Positions 19,701-29,432 are shown, numbered from the stretch's first letter. The stretch is 64,000 bases of DNA from Candidatus Latescibacterota bacterium (GCA_963662665.2 CAXXJS010000008.1:1-64000), one strand, 5' to 3'. The notes: generated from the sequence alone by a model not told the origin. Numbers and translations are program-made.

Positions 19701-22700
19701 GGCAGTGTGGTGAGGTCGTTGTTGTAGCTCAGGCTGAGGAACTCGAGGCCGGTGAGCCCGGAGAAGAGGTTGCCGGGTATGGCGGTGAGACCCATGCTGT
19801 AGAGTTCGAGATGGATCAGCGCCGTCAGCCCGGAGAACAGGCCGGCGTCCAGGCTGCCGCTGCTCATCTGGTTGCGGCTGAGGCTGAGGTGTTCGAGGCT
19901 CGACAACCCGGAAAACACGGTCGCCGGAAAGCTGGTGAGCCGGGCATGCTCCAGGTCGAGGCTTTTGAGCCCCGACAAGTTGGAGAAGACGTCCGCCGGA
20001 AAACTGGTGATTCGGGTATTTTTGAGTTCGAGGTATTCGAGCGACGACAACCCGGAGAACTCGTCGGCGGCGAGGTCGCCCAGGAGGTTGTATTGAAGGA
20101 TGAGGGTGTCCAGCGCCGTCAGCGCGGAGAAGCCGTTCGCCGGCAGGTTGTTTATGCGGGCGCTCAGCAGATTGAGATGGGTCAGGGACGTCAGCCCGGT
20201 AAACAGACCGGCGTCGAAGTCGCCAAGGTAGCTAGAGGAGAGATCGAGAGATGAGAGCGCGGTCAGGCCGGAGAACGTGTTCGCTCTGAGGTTGGAGAGG
20301 TTGTTCGACTTGATGTAGAGCTCTTCCAGCGCCGACAGGTCGGCGAAGATGTTCGCCGGCAGCGTGCTGATACTGTTGTCTGAAAGATAGAGTTTCTCCA
20401 GGCTCGCAAGCCCGGCGAAGTCGCCGGCTTTCAGCGTGGAGATGCTTTCGTCAATCAGGTTGAGGAGGGTGATGGCGGCAAGATGGTCAGCGGTTACGTC
20501 GCCGCACGCGCTGACCCCTGCTTCATCCACGATCGCGTCGCGCACCTGCACGGTGCGGTTGCAGACGTTCCTGAGGTTCGTCACCGACAGGTTGCTCAGA
20601 GCGCCGGCGGGATTACGCGCCCGGTCGCGGATCGGGTTGGTCCCCGGCGTGTAGGCCAGCGCCACCGTCTCGCCCGTGTTCACGGCCGAGGCCAGGGTGA
20701 GCGTCACCACGGTGCTGCTCACCCCCACCGCCGTAACGCTTCGCGCCTCGCTGTCTACGCTGACGGCAAAGTCGCCGTTCGCAGGTCTCGAACCGCTGTC
20801 GAGCACCTCTTCGTAGGTCAGTGTCAGCCGGGTGCCATTGACGCCCGCTTCAGAGAGGGTGGGGGCTATTCCATCGACCTTGTGGCCGGACTGGTTGGCG
20901 CGCGCCACGTGCGCCAGGTCGGCATTGATCGTGGAGTTGTTCCTGACGATGCTGCCGCTGTTGAGCTTGAGGCAGTTGGCATTGATGGTCGCGCCATTGG
21001 TGTCTTCGTCGGTGTCCGCCACCGTGTACTGGAAGAGCAGCCGGGTTGTGGTCGTGCCGCTCTTGTAGTCGGCCTTGCGCACGGTGGTACCGATCGTCAG
21101 GTCGACCTGCGGCGTGCCGGTGACGGTCACGGCCTCGCTGAACGTCGCGGTGACGTCGATGACGTCGTCCTTCTTGTAGGTGTTGTTCTGTCCCGACGGC
21201 GGCGTGGAGGTAAAGGCAACGCTGGAGACCGTGGGGGCGGTGAGCGTGGTCCCGCTGCCCGTATTGGACCATGGTCCCTTGCCTTCATCGTTCTTGGCCT
21301 GCACCTGGAACTGGTACGTCCTGCCCGCGCGGAGGGCGCCGAGAACCCGGGAACGCGTCACGCTGCTGTCCGGAGAGACGGTGTATGACCCGCTGTCGCG
21401 GTATTGCAGGAAGTAATTCGTGATATCCGGACCGGTGTTTGATGGCTCGTCCCAGCGCACGGTGAGGCTGCTTTCCGTGGTGTCGCTCACGGTGGGCGGG
21501 TCGGGCTTGCCCGGCGGTTCGACGTCGTCTTCGATGGTGACGGTGATAGTCTGCGCCGCCGTCAGCGCCCGGGTGTCCGTCCCGCCCGTCACCTCCACCT
21601 GGACGATGTATTCGTTGTCGCCCCCCGCGTCCGCCGGCCGTTCGAAGTCAGGGGCATCCCTGAAGTGCAGTTCCCTCGTGTTTTTGATTTCGAAGTCATC
21701 GCTGTCCGCGCCACCGGAGACGGCATATGCCGTGATGGCGTCGTCCCTGTCCGCGTCCTGTGCGGCCAGCCGCCCTGCCCTCAGGACGTTTTCGGCAACT
21801 GTGAACGTATCGACGCTTGTGAAACGGGGCGATTCGTTCTCGTCCGTGACGTTCACGGTTATCGTCTGTGCTGCGGTCAGCGCGCGCCCACCCGCCCCGC
21901 CGGTCACGGTGACCTCGACGGCGTAGCTGTTGTTGCTTCCCGCGTCGGCGGGACCCTCGAAGTCCGGGTCATCCTTGAAGGACAACGTGCCGCCGCTGTT
22001 GATTTCGATCAGGTTTCTGTCCGCCCCGCCCGTGATGGTGTAATCGGTGATGGCATCGCCCTGGTCCAGGTCGTCGGCACTGACACTGCCGGCGAAGGAC
22101 TGGTTCTCCGCCGCCGCCAGCGTCGCCTCGCCGGCGAACACGGGCGCCTCGTTCAGATCCGTCAGGTCGATGGACACGGGGATGCTGCCCTCGCCGCCGT
22201 GGCCGTCGGTGGCCTTCACGTCTACGGAGAAACGTGGCGTGGCCTCGTAGTCGTATGTATTCCCCGATCTGGTTTTGAGCTGCCCGCTACGCGTGTCGAT
22301 GGAGAACGAGTCCGCGTGCGTGCCTTCCAGCGCGTAGGCCAGAGTGGTCATCTCCGCGTCCGTGGCGCCCACGGGATCGCCGACGTCCTTCACGCCGGTG
22401 GTGTTCTCCGCCAGGGTGCGCGTGGCGCTGGCCCCGTCGGTGAACACCGGCAGCTGATTGGGGTTGGTGCTTCCCGAACCCGATTCGGACCAGTCGCTCG
22501 TGCCTTCCGGAAAGCGCGCCAGCACCTGCACCTGGTAGCTCGTGCCCGGGGTGCGGCCCGTGATGGTTGCACTGCGCTCGGCGCTGTTGTGCGTCCACGC
22601 ACTGAAGCCGCCGCTGTCCCCTTCCCGATACTGCACGTCGTAGTCGTTGATGTCCGGGCCGGTGTTTGCCGGCTCGTCCCACGTCACCTCCAGGCTGGTG

Positions 22701-25700
22701 GATGAGGCCGCTGTAACGTCCGGCGCGTCCGGCGTGCCGGGTCTTTCCTGCTGGTCCGTCAGGTTGATCCTGACCGCAATGGTGTTGCTGCCGCCTTGAC
22801 CGTCTTCGACGCGCACGATCACGTCATAGCGGGGCTTCGCCTCAAAGTCATAGGTCTGTCCCGACAGGGTTTGCAATTGGTTGCCGTCGAGTTCGAAGGC
22901 GGCCCGGTCCGTGCCTTCCAGGTCGTAGGTGAGCGTGCCCCCGTCGGTATCCCTGGCGGCGAACGCATTGCCGATATCGTGTGTGCCCGTGGTGTTCTCA
23001 GCTAATGAGCGCGTGGTGCTCGTGCCCTCGTTGAACGTCGGCGCCCTGTTGGCGACGGTCCGCGCGTCTGCCGACTCGGACCAGCCGCTTTCTCCTTCGG
23101 GAGACCGCGCCAGCACCTGCACACGGTAGCGCGTGTTGGCACTCAGGCCGGTGACGGTCGTGGTCGTGCCGGGCCCGGTATGCAGCCAGTTGGTGAAGGC
23201 GCCGCCGTCCTCGCTGTACTGCACGTCGTAGTCGTTGACGATGGGGCCCGTGTTAGCAGGCGCCGTCCATCGGATGGACAGGCTGTTCAACGTCTGTGCC
23301 GTGACCGTGGGCTTGCCGGGCGCCTCCGGTTCCTCGGTGTCGTCGTCGATCACATTTATGGTCACGGTGATGGTCGCGCGTCCGTCCTGCTCGTCCTGGG
23401 CTTCCACCGTGACCGAATAGCGGTCCTTCGTCTCGAAGTCGTAGTCGACGCCCGTTCTGGTCTGCAGCTGACCGGTGTTGGTGTCGATATCAAAGCTCTC
23501 CACGTCGCCGCGGGTGAGGCTGTACGTCACCGTGGTATTCTCCGGATCGGATGCACTGACCGGGGCGCCCAGGCCGGTTGTCCCGGTCGAGTTCTCTGTC
23601 ACCTCACGCGTGGCGCTGCGGCCCTCGTCGAACACCGGCGGGAGATTGCTACTTGTGGACCCGAAGCCGGAGCGCGACCATAGTGATGTTCCTTCGTCGT
23701 TGGTTGCCCGCACCTGCACCTCGTAGCGGGTGTTGACGTCAAGGTCGCTGATCGTCGCACTCGTCCCAAGCCCATCGTGCGAATGGGGAATGAAGTTGCC
23801 GCTCTGCCGGTATTGCACGTCATAGTCGGTGATGTCCGGACCGGTGTTGTCGGGCGCGTCCCACGTGACCGTCAGGCTGGTGGTGGAGGCCGGTTGGACC
23901 TGCGGTGCGGCAGGAATTGCCGGCGGTTCATTCACGTCGGCCACGTGGATGGTCACGCCAATGGTTGCCGATTCGCCGAAGGGGTCCTCGGCTTGCAGAT
24001 CAATGGAATACCGGTCGTTATCCTCGAAGTCGTACGTGATACCCGACAACGTGCGCAACTGCCCACTGCCCGTGTCCACGGAAAAGCTCGCGGAGTCCGG
24101 TCCACTGAGATGGTACGTCACGCGGTGTCCGTCCGGATCGGTGGCGTTAACCGGATGCTGGATGGGCCGGCGCGCCGGCGTGTTCTCCGCCACGGTGCGC
24201 GACGTGTTCGACCCGTCATCAAACGTGGGCGCACGATTGTTTTGGGGCGGCGGGGGTGGCGGGGGCGGAGGTGGCGGGATGAACGGCCCGATGGGCCCCA
24301 CGGGACCACCGGGGCCGCCTGTACCGGGAGGGGGTGGTGGGTTTGTGACGACAACGCCGAAAGTCGTTTGCGCGCTGTTTCCGTACGCGTCACCGGCCGT
24401 CGCGGTGATGGTGGCGGGTCCCGCCACAACGCCGCGCACCACAGCCAGCGTATCCGCCACCGTGACCGTAGCGATGGCTTCATCCGACGACGTTGCCCCG
24501 TACGTCAGCATCCCCAGCGCAGGACGCGTGAACAGGCTGGCAAGGTTAACCCGCGCGTCGCTGCCCCGGACCACCGTCAGTTCGCCGACGACGCCTAGCG
24601 GCCGCGGACCCACCGTGGGCGCCCCGGAAATGGGATCGGACCACGGGCCCGCGCCCTCATCGTTCAACGTACGCACGCGCACATCATACGCCTGCTCGTT
24701 GGTCAGACCCGTAATCGTCACGCTCGTATCCGTGCGGCCCTCCACCAGCAGCACCCCCTCCGGCCATGTCTCGGCCTCTGCCTGCTTATGCCCCACCTCG
24801 TACCCGCTCACAGGCGGCTTGCCATCCTCGTCGACCGACGCAACCCAGCTTACGCTCAACGCCGTATCGCGAGGGGCCACCACCACCGAGTCAGGCGCCG
24901 CGGAAGGGGGCTCGTCCACGTCGGTAACCGCGATGCCAACTACGATGGTGGCGCGGCCTCCTTCTCCGTCGGTGGCGCGTACGGTCACGGAGTAGGTGTC
25001 CATGGCTTCGTAATCGTAGGCGATCCCCTCCTTCGTCAGCAACTGACCAGTGCCCGATGCAATCGAAAAACTGTCCGCGTGCACGCCACGCAGGCGGTAC
25101 GTCAGCGAGTCGCCGTCGGCGTCCGTGGCCGACACCGGGTCGCCGACGGGCTCACCGGCTGCCGTATTCACTTCCACCGTGCGCGTCACCGGTGGGGTGG
25201 CGCTAAACAGCGGCGAGCGGTTGGCCTCCTCGCCGAAACTGCTGGCGAAGATCACGAAATCGTCGAAACCGATGCCGCCGTCGCTGTTCAGATCATACGC
25301 CGCCGCATACTTGCCGTCGCCACGCCGTGCCCCGAACACCCCGGCAAAGGCCACGAAGTCCGAAAAGCCAACAAGACCGTTGCCGTCGAAGTCGCGAGAA
25401 GGGGGCGCGGCAACCTGCAACGCCACAGCCAAAGCCGGCCAGATCGTCTCGGTCTGCCCGTCCCGGGTCAGTTCAGCGTCCACCAGCCACACCTCCGTGT
25501 CCGAGAAGGCAGCCGTCGTGCCAAAACGCACGGTACCGACAAGGCCCGCGTTCACCGTTGCCGTTCCGGAAAGCGAAGAGACACCGATGGTAAGGGACGT
25601 GGTGTCCTGCTGGAAGATCGCCTGCGGGCTCGGCAGCGCCCCACCGGCGTCGAAGCCCTCGTATACGACCTGGGATGCGTCGAAACCCAGGCGCGCGGAC

Positions 25701-25702
25701 AT
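16784..25702 (-). CDS. Giant multidomain surface protein: dockerin-like EF-hand pair, cadherin/FN3 repeats, SwmB-like domain, LRR array, C-terminal leishmanolysin(M8)-like Zn metalloprotease
   Basis: DFDGNGLVGFSDF..DLNSDGGIGFDDF; ATDADGD..YDYE cadherin motifs; W..P...Y.VQY..Y.VQV.A.N..G FN3; many LxxLxLxxN repeats; HEMGHALGF...HW...ELM. Confidence 0.88.
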   Translation of the reverse strand: MSARLGFDASQVVYEGFDAGGALPSPQAIFQQDTTSLTIGVSSLSGTATVNAGLVGTVRFGTTAAFSDTEVWLVDAELTRDGQTETIWPALAVALQVAAPPSRDFDGNGLVGFSDFVAFAGVFGARRGDGKYAAAYDLNSDGGIGFDDFVIFASSFGEEANRSPLFSATPPVTRTVEVNTAAGEPVGDPVSATDADGDSLTYRLRGVHADSFSIASGTGQLLTKEGIAYDYEAMDTYSVTVRATDGEGGRATIVVGIAVTDVDEPPSAAPDSVVVAPRDTALSVSWVASVDEDGKPPVSGYEVGHKQAEAETWPEGVLLVEGRTDTSVTITGLTNEQAYDVRVRTLNDEGAGPWSDPISGAPTVGPRPLGVVGELTVVRGSDARVNLASLFTRPALGMLTYGATSSDEAIATVTVADTLAVVRGVVAGPATITATAGDAYGNSAQTTFGVVVTNPPPPPGTGGPGGPVGPIGPFIPPPPPPPPPPPQNNRAPTFDDGSNTSRTVAENTPARRPIQHPVNATDPDGHRVTYHLSGPDSASFSVDTGSGQLRTLSGITYDFEDNDRYSIDLQAEDPFGESATIGVTIHVADVNEPPAIPAAPQVQPASTTSLTVTWDAPDNTGPDITDYDVQYRQSGNFIPHSHDGLGTSATISDLDVNTRYEVQVRATNDEGTSLWSRSGFGSTSSNLPPVFDEGRSATREVTENSTGTTGLGAPVSASDPENTTVTYSLTRGDVESFDIDTNTGQLQTRTGVDYDFETKDRYSVTVEAQDEQDGRATITVTINVIDDDTEEPEAPGKPTVTAQTLNSLSIRWTAPANTGPIVNDYDVQYSEDGGAFTNWLHTGPGTTTTVTGLSANTRYRVQVLARSPEGESGWSESADARTVANRAPTFNEGTSTTRSLAENTTGTHDIGNAFAARDTDGGTLTYDLEGTDRAAFELDGNQLQTLSGQTYDFEAKPRYDVIVRVEDGQGGSNTIAVRINLTDQQERPGTPDAPDVTAASSTSLEVTWDEPANTGPDINDYDVQYREGDSGGFSAWTHNSAERSATITGRTPGTSYQVQVLARFPEGTSDWSESGSGSTNPNQLPVFTDGASATRTLAENTTGVKDVGDPVGATDAEMTTLAYALEGTHADSFSIDTRSGQLKTRSGNTYDYEATPRFSVDVKATDGHGGEGSIPVSIDLTDLNEAPVFAGEATLAAAENQSFAGSVSADDLDQGDAITDYTITGGADRNLIEINSGGTLSFKDDPDFEGPADAGSNNSYAVEVTVTGGAGGRALTAAQTITVNVTDENESPRFTSVDTFTVAENVLRAGRLAAQDADRDDAITAYAVSGGADSDDFEIKNTRELHFRDAPDFERPADAGGDNEYIVQVEVTGGTDTRALTAAQTITVTIEDDVEPPGKPDPPTVSDTTESSLTVRWDEPSNTGPDITNYFLQYRDSGSYTVSPDSSVTRSRVLGALRAGRTYQFQVQAKNDEGKGPWSNTGSGTTLTAPTVSSVAFTSTPPSGQNNTYKKDDVIDVTATFSEAVTVTGTPQVDLTIGTTVRKADYKSGTTTTRLLFQYTVADTDEDTNGATINANCLKLNSGSIVRNNSTINADLAHVARANQSGHKVDGIAPTLSEAGVNGTRLTLTYEEVLDSGSRPANGDFAVSVDSEARSVTAVGVSSTVVTLTLASAVNTGETVALAYTPGTNPIRDRARNPAGALSNLSVTNLRNVCNRTVQVRDAIVDEAGVSACGDVTADHLAAITLLNLIDESISTLKAGDFAGLASLEKLYLSDNSISTLPANIFADLSALEELYIKSNNLSNLRANTFSGLTALSSLDLSSSYLGDFDAGLFTGLTSLTHLNLLSARINNLPANGFSALTALDTLILQYNLLGDLAADEFSGLSSLEYLELKNTRITSFPADVFSNLSGLKSLDLEHARLTSFPATVFSGLSSLEHLSLSRNQMSSGSLDAGLFSGLTALIHLELYSMGLTAIPGNLFSGLTGLEFLSLSYNNDLTTLPATVFSALTELRTLNMRTNDISTLPADLLSGLTELRSLDLRQWDLSSLPDSAFEGLTALSTLQLQWNPVDPLPIAVSLEASGTDQFVARAHTGAPFDMVLPLRLSNGDIGSGATSITIPQGSVVSDALSVSRTSGTSAAVTIDIVALPSLPSGDNGYELVRSDDLPLVVIDAESGVEIYPTELTMAEDDSDTYTVVLTMQPTADVTVTVTVPSDADVTANPSPLTFTTDNWDDPQTVTVSSTADTDTDDDEVTLTHTVSGGYTGVTADDVTVNVTETTVTANSPPSIFHNSQTVAENFTGTISIVGTDPDARDYITGYELTGGRDRALFEIATRSGRGELTFVDVPDFERPAGTSNRNEIVVTVTSGMGTRQRTGQQQVAINVRDVDEPPGRPPAPGLSLYRGFTPSIAVSRGGRAPLANTGPDISGWGVQYREKDSGDDFTTTTHTSATLDARIENLTKGVSYEVQVQAKNDEGDSEWSPSAEIELPNQPPVAVGTFDDLTLAVGGAVEIVSTGGVFGSQDGDLLTYSASSGNATAAAVQMIGTSVLVDPGSAGSATITVTASDPYGASDSETFDVTVQTPTLSAPTLTITGNLFTLAFTDDFAAEETRAYHVRIRQKANHGPWATGCHAETNDEDSQQSISVSLQDAVPDFFEPGTTYEADYGYLGSSCGGSLTGSRSATDEVTTSGTASFDIDLVFVGSVSSTNRSHAEDAAERWEEIITGDLPNQQLSSRNRDYLNTLFPGTTAPEVVDDIVIYVRTTSLDVGIAAATSRLHRSPSSLPFASEIQLGTRFVIDYLAVLHEMGHALGFGTYPWTYLDLLKDPSRGPFGTPINPSPDTYFSGAKAITAFDAAGGSSYTGNKVPVENSGRTGVSRDSHWRQSVMQSELMTPGLSSSAPLSAITIQAMADLGYTVDVTQADTYILPATSKIAIGPEGTIPLNCVIEHPEAGTDKSEPIILTLRRITAGESQE

Positions 25703-25968
25703 GCCGGTGGCGCCCTGAATATTCTTGCCGAAGATCTGGATGGAAAACGGCTGATCGGGAAGGAGGTCGAGCGAGGAGACGGACTGGTCGCCTGCAGCGT
25801 CGTCCAGGTCCAGCGAGACGGAAAATCCGCTAGGCTGCGTGGACGGCGACCAAGGTATAACCTTGATTGCTCTGTGCTATCGACACCCTATTCAGAAACG
25901 TCGGATTACGCGACGGTTACGTGAAAAACACACGCCCTTTGCAACGGCGGGGCCGCGTAAGGCACGGT

Positions 25969-26019
25969 TTCGAATATTCGAATTGATATTGAATATCGAA
26001 ATGTATATTTTAGATATAC
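25969..26019 (+). promoter_or_regulatory. Sigma70-type promoter with adjacent 14-bp palindrome; probably leaderless mRNA
   Basis: ttcgaatattcgaa 25969-25982; TTGATA 25983-25988, 17 bp, TATTTT 26006-26011; ATG 8 nt later with no SD. Confidence 0.55.
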
Positions 26020-27180
26020 ATGTATAATCGAATATTACATTTAGATCTGACCAGGCAACAAACGTGCTTTCTATGGGGTCCGCGACAGACCGGAAAGAGT
26101 ACGCTCATCCGCACGTTGTATCCCCGGGCAAGGCGTTACGACCTCCTGCTGGCCGACGTGTATCGCGCACTGATCGATCGCCCCGAACTGATTCGCGAGG
26201 AATGTCTCGCTGCAGGATTGGATGGCGAATCGCAGGTCGATCCCATTGTGATAGACGAAGTCCAGAGGATTCCGGAACTTCTGAATGAAGTGCACTGGCT
26301 CGCGGAAAATAAGGGGTTGCGTTTTCTTTTGTGTGGTTCGAGCACGAGGAAGTTGAAACGTGGCGGAGGCAATCTGCTCGGGGGGCGCGCGGTCCGTTAT
26401 CAGTTGCACCCGTTGGTTTCTGCCGAGATCCCGGATTTTTCCCACGAAAAGGCGCTGAACGCCGGTCTGTTGCCCCGGCATTACCTGAGCGCACGACCAC
26501 GCCGGTTGATTCAGGCCTATGTTGGCGACTACCTTCGGGAAGAAATCGCAGCCGAAGCGCTGACGCGAAACATCCCGGCGTTCAGCCGATTTCTCGAAGT
26601 CGCCGCGTTATCGAACGGCGAGTTGATCAACTACAACACGATCGCCGCGGAATGCGGCGTGAGCGCGCCCACTGTGAAGGGGTATTTCCAAATCCTGGAG
26701 GACACGTTGATCGGGAGCTTCGTGCCCACGTTTCGAAGGCGTGCAAAGCGCCGCGTCGTCGGCGCGCCTCGATTCTACTTCTTCGACATCGGTGTCGTGG
26801 CGCACCTGACCGGACGAGGGCAGATCCAGCCGGGTTCGGAGTTATTCGGACGCGCGTTTGAACATTTCATATACATGGAAGTGTCAGCGTATTCCAGCTA
26901 TTCAGGCACATTTTACCCGGTATCGTACTGGCGCACAACGTCCGGTTTCGAGGTCGATTTTATCTTGGGTGACGTCGCCCTGGAGGTCAAGTCGACGTCC
27001 AGGATCCAGGATAGACACCTGAAGGGTATTCGTGCATTCAAGGAAGAGTTCAATATGGCCCGATATCTCGTTGTCTCACGGGACGCGTCACCGCGCCGGA
27101 CCGCGGACGGGATACTGATCCTGCCATGGCGGGATTTTCTCGAGCAGCTTTGGAGTGGCGCGATTCTCCCGCCCGCGTAG
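26020..27180 (+). CDS. AAA_14 ATPase with DUF4143 domain
   Basis: GPRQTGKST Walker A, IDEVQR Walker B, P.FYFFD.G, YWRT..G.EVDF...EVK. Confidence 0.92.
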   Translation: MYNRILHLDLTRQQTCFLWGPRQTGKSTLIRTLYPRARRYDLLLADVYRALIDRPELIREECLAAGLDGESQVDPIVIDEVQRIPELLNEVHWLAENKGLRFLLCGSSTRKLKRGGGNLLGGRAVRYQLHPLVSAEIPDFSHEKALNAGLLPRHYLSARPRRLIQAYVGDYLREEIAAEALTRNIPAFSRFLEVAALSNGELINYNTIAAECGVSAPTVKGYFQILEDTLIGSFVPTFRRRAKRRVVGAPRFYFFDIGVVAHLTGRGQIQPGSELFGRAFEHFIYMEVSAYSSYSGTFYPVSYWRTTSGFEVDFILGDVALEVKSTSRIQDRHLKGIRAFKEEFNMARYLVVSRDASPRRTADGILILPWRDFLEQLWSGAILPPA

Positions 27181-27303
27181 CCTCTACTCTTATGACTCCC
27201 CACGTGTCCCGTCCTTGCCTCTCCGCTTTTTCTGTCCACTCCTTCCTGTTGTCCCTCCCGCTCTTGCCGCGACACCCTGTTCAGCCGGTTCGGCCTGCCG
27301 GCG

Positions 27304-28164
27304 CTATCCCACAATCGCGTTGATATCCTGAACCACAATATCCGTCGCGCCAAGGGTTCTGAGGCGTATCAGGAGTCCTGCCGTCTGTGACCTGGGCACC
27401 ACGGTTTCGATCGCGCTGGCGCAATCCGACAGAGGACTGAGTGTCGGCGCGCGGCGGGCGGGCAGCGCGTCCAGGACGGCGCTCTTCTGACAGTTGTCCA
27501 CGTTTAACTTGATGAGGTGCTGGTTTTCGGCCTCGAGCGCACCGGCCAACAGGTCTCCCAGGGCGACGAATTCAGAAATTCGGCTGCGCGCAATAACGAC
27601 GATGGGTGATACCATGATTTCGTCGACGATTTCCAGGCCGTTTTCGCGCAGACTGACGCCCGTTATCGTGACGCCCACGCCGTAGTCGAAGAGCTTCATC
27701 GCCACCTTGATTTCCGTGCTGCCGTGCGAGAAGTCGATGTCCGCACTCGGATATCGGTCGCGTGTGATCGCCGGATATTCCGAACTGATTGTAACTGTCG
27801 CATTTTGCGACAGTGGCGGACTGTCGGGACGACCGAACAGAACGACGCGGGCCGGGTCGCGGGTGTCACGGCTTAAGCGCAACTCCTGGAGGCGCTGGAT
27901 GCGGGCGTCGAAATCGCCTGTCTGTGCCAGTTCGGATTCAACCACGCAGTCCAGTCCGCAGATGCCGCAGTCAATCTGTCTCTTCAACAGGGCGGTTGGA
28001 ATGTCCTGCGGTCGCATATAGACGGTGTGATTGAAAAGATCGAGCCCGTCCACGGAGACCTGGCCGTTGCGTCCTCTTGGGCGGATGTCCAGACCGATTC
28101 GTGAGAGCAAGTCGCACAGCGGAGCCTGCATGCTGCCGTTGGGCAGACCGAGCGTGAAGTTCAT
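27304..28164 (-). CDS. hisG: ATP phosphoribosyltransferase (long form)
   Basis: LGLPNGS, RPQDIP, CG.D...E, SHGSTE, TG.SLRENGL; C-terminal regulatory domain PTLSPL. Confidence 0.9.
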   Translation of the reverse strand: MNFTLGLPNGSMQAPLCDLLSRIGLDIRPRGRNGQVSVDGLDLFNHTVYMRPQDIPTALLKRQIDCGICGLDCVVESELAQTGDFDARIQRLQELRLSRDTRDPARVVLFGRPDSPPLSQNATVTISSEYPAITRDRYPSADIDFSHGSTEIKVAMKLFDYGVGVTITGVSLRENGLEIVDEIMVSPIVVIARSRISEFVALGDLLAGALEAENQHLIKLNVDNCQKSAVLDALPARRAPTLSPLSDCASAIETVVPRSQTAGLLIRLRTLGATDIVVQDINAIVG

Positions 28165-28167
28165 GGG

Positions 28168-28596
28168 TTACTCCGAGATGGTTTCAGGATCCGTGAATTC
28201 AAGCTTTCCGTTGGCTATGCTGCGGTAATAGCAGCCGTAGCGCGCCCGATCGTTGGCTTTCGTGTGGCACGATCCCTCGCCTCTCAGGCGCACCAGATAG
28301 AGCAGCGAGTTCTGCTCGCAGTTGACGCGCACGTCGATTAATTCGAGCATATCTCCCGACGTCGCGCCTTTGATCCACAGTTCGTTGCGCGACGTGCTCC
28401 AGAAAGTTGCCAGGCGGTGTTCGAGCGCGTGATCGAGCGCATGTTTATTCACGTAACCGATCAGGAGAACGGCTTTGCTGTCCACGTCCTGTACGGCCGC
28501 GGGGATGACGGAATGGCCGGTCTGCGCAACCCTGTTCAGCTTCTCGTAGTCGAGTTGGATCTCCGCGCCTTCTTCGAGGACGTTATCATTGGACAT
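28168..28596 (-). CDS. hisI: Phosphoribosyl-AMP cyclohydrolase
   Basis: FWSTSRNELWIKGATSG, NCEQNSLL, SCHT, CYYR. Confidence 0.92.
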   Translation of the reverse strand: MSNDNVLEEGAEIQLDYEKLNRVAQTGHSVIPAAVQDVDSKAVLLIGYVNKHALDHALEHRLATFWSTSRNELWIKGATSGDMLELIDVRVNCEQNSLLYLVRLRGEGSCHTKANDRARYGCYYRSIANGKLEFTDPETISE

Positions 28597-28630
28597 GGCG
28601 AGTTCCTTCCTTCATGGGATTGGGTGTCAT

Positions 28631-29353
28631 TCATGCTTTATCGATGATTGCGACGTAGACGGTTCCCGTTTCGGGGATAAATCTGGAAATCCGCCATCCG
28701 GAGTCTTCCAGAATGAGTGCCATCTCCTTGCGGGAAACCATGAGATATTCGAACCAGGCGTCGATATATCGTTCGTACCGGATCCGGAATCTGAGCTGGC
28801 AGGAGAACTTGCCGCGCCTCCGGTTGGATTCGTGATAGTCCAGATGCGCCTTGCTCGCGGTTGTATAGGGATCCCGGGATTCGGCGATGATTCTACCACT
28901 CGACGATGTCATATTGCGCATTTTCCTCAACAACCACCGGGCGCGTTTCAAGTTGGCGAACAGACCGAAATTGTTGCCCATCATCAACAGGGTGTCGAAC
29001 TTGCCGAGCCGGAAGGATATCTGCGTGACGTTCAATACGCTGGCTTTTTGCAGGCCGCGCTCGCGGGCAACCTTGACGGCCAGGGGCGAGGCATCGATCC
29101 CCAGGACGTCGAATCCCTTTTGCTGCAGGTGGATGGCGTGCCGGCCCGGTCCGCAGCCGATATCGAGTACGCGCCCTGACACATAGTCCATCGATTCCTG
29201 CTGGTGAACAGACCAGTCGTGAAAGGGCTTGAAATAGTCGCTTGATTTGCCGGCGGAAATAAACCCGTCGTCGCGTTCCACGATTTCCTGTGCGGGTATG
29301 CCGCGATGAAGGTCCCACATCATCCGTCCGTATGCGTCGTCATTGTGTGCCAT
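28631..29353 (-). CDS. Class I SAM-dependent methyltransferase
   Basis: VLDIGCGPGRH, GIDASP, FDTLLMMGNNFG. Confidence 0.9.
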   Translation of the reverse strand: MAHNDDAYGRMMWDLHRGIPAQEIVERDDGFISAGKSSDYFKPFHDWSVHQQESMDYVSGRVLDIGCGPGRHAIHLQQKGFDVLGIDASPLAVKVARERGLQKASVLNVTQISFRLGKFDTLLMMGNNFGLFANLKRARWLLRKMRNMTSSSGRIIAESRDPYTTASKAHLDYHESNRRRGKFSCQLRFRIRYERYIDAWFEYLMVSRKEMALILEDSGWRISRFIPETGTVYVAIIDKA

Positions 29354-29432
29354 TTTTCAGATACCTTTCAAGGATGAGCGAATCCTGCGTCATTATCGGC
29401 ATCTACGAATCTGTCCTTCACGGGCATCCATT

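Noticed and set aside
24243-24342. G-rich low-complexity tract
   Set aside because: Explained by the poly-proline linker of the giant protein.
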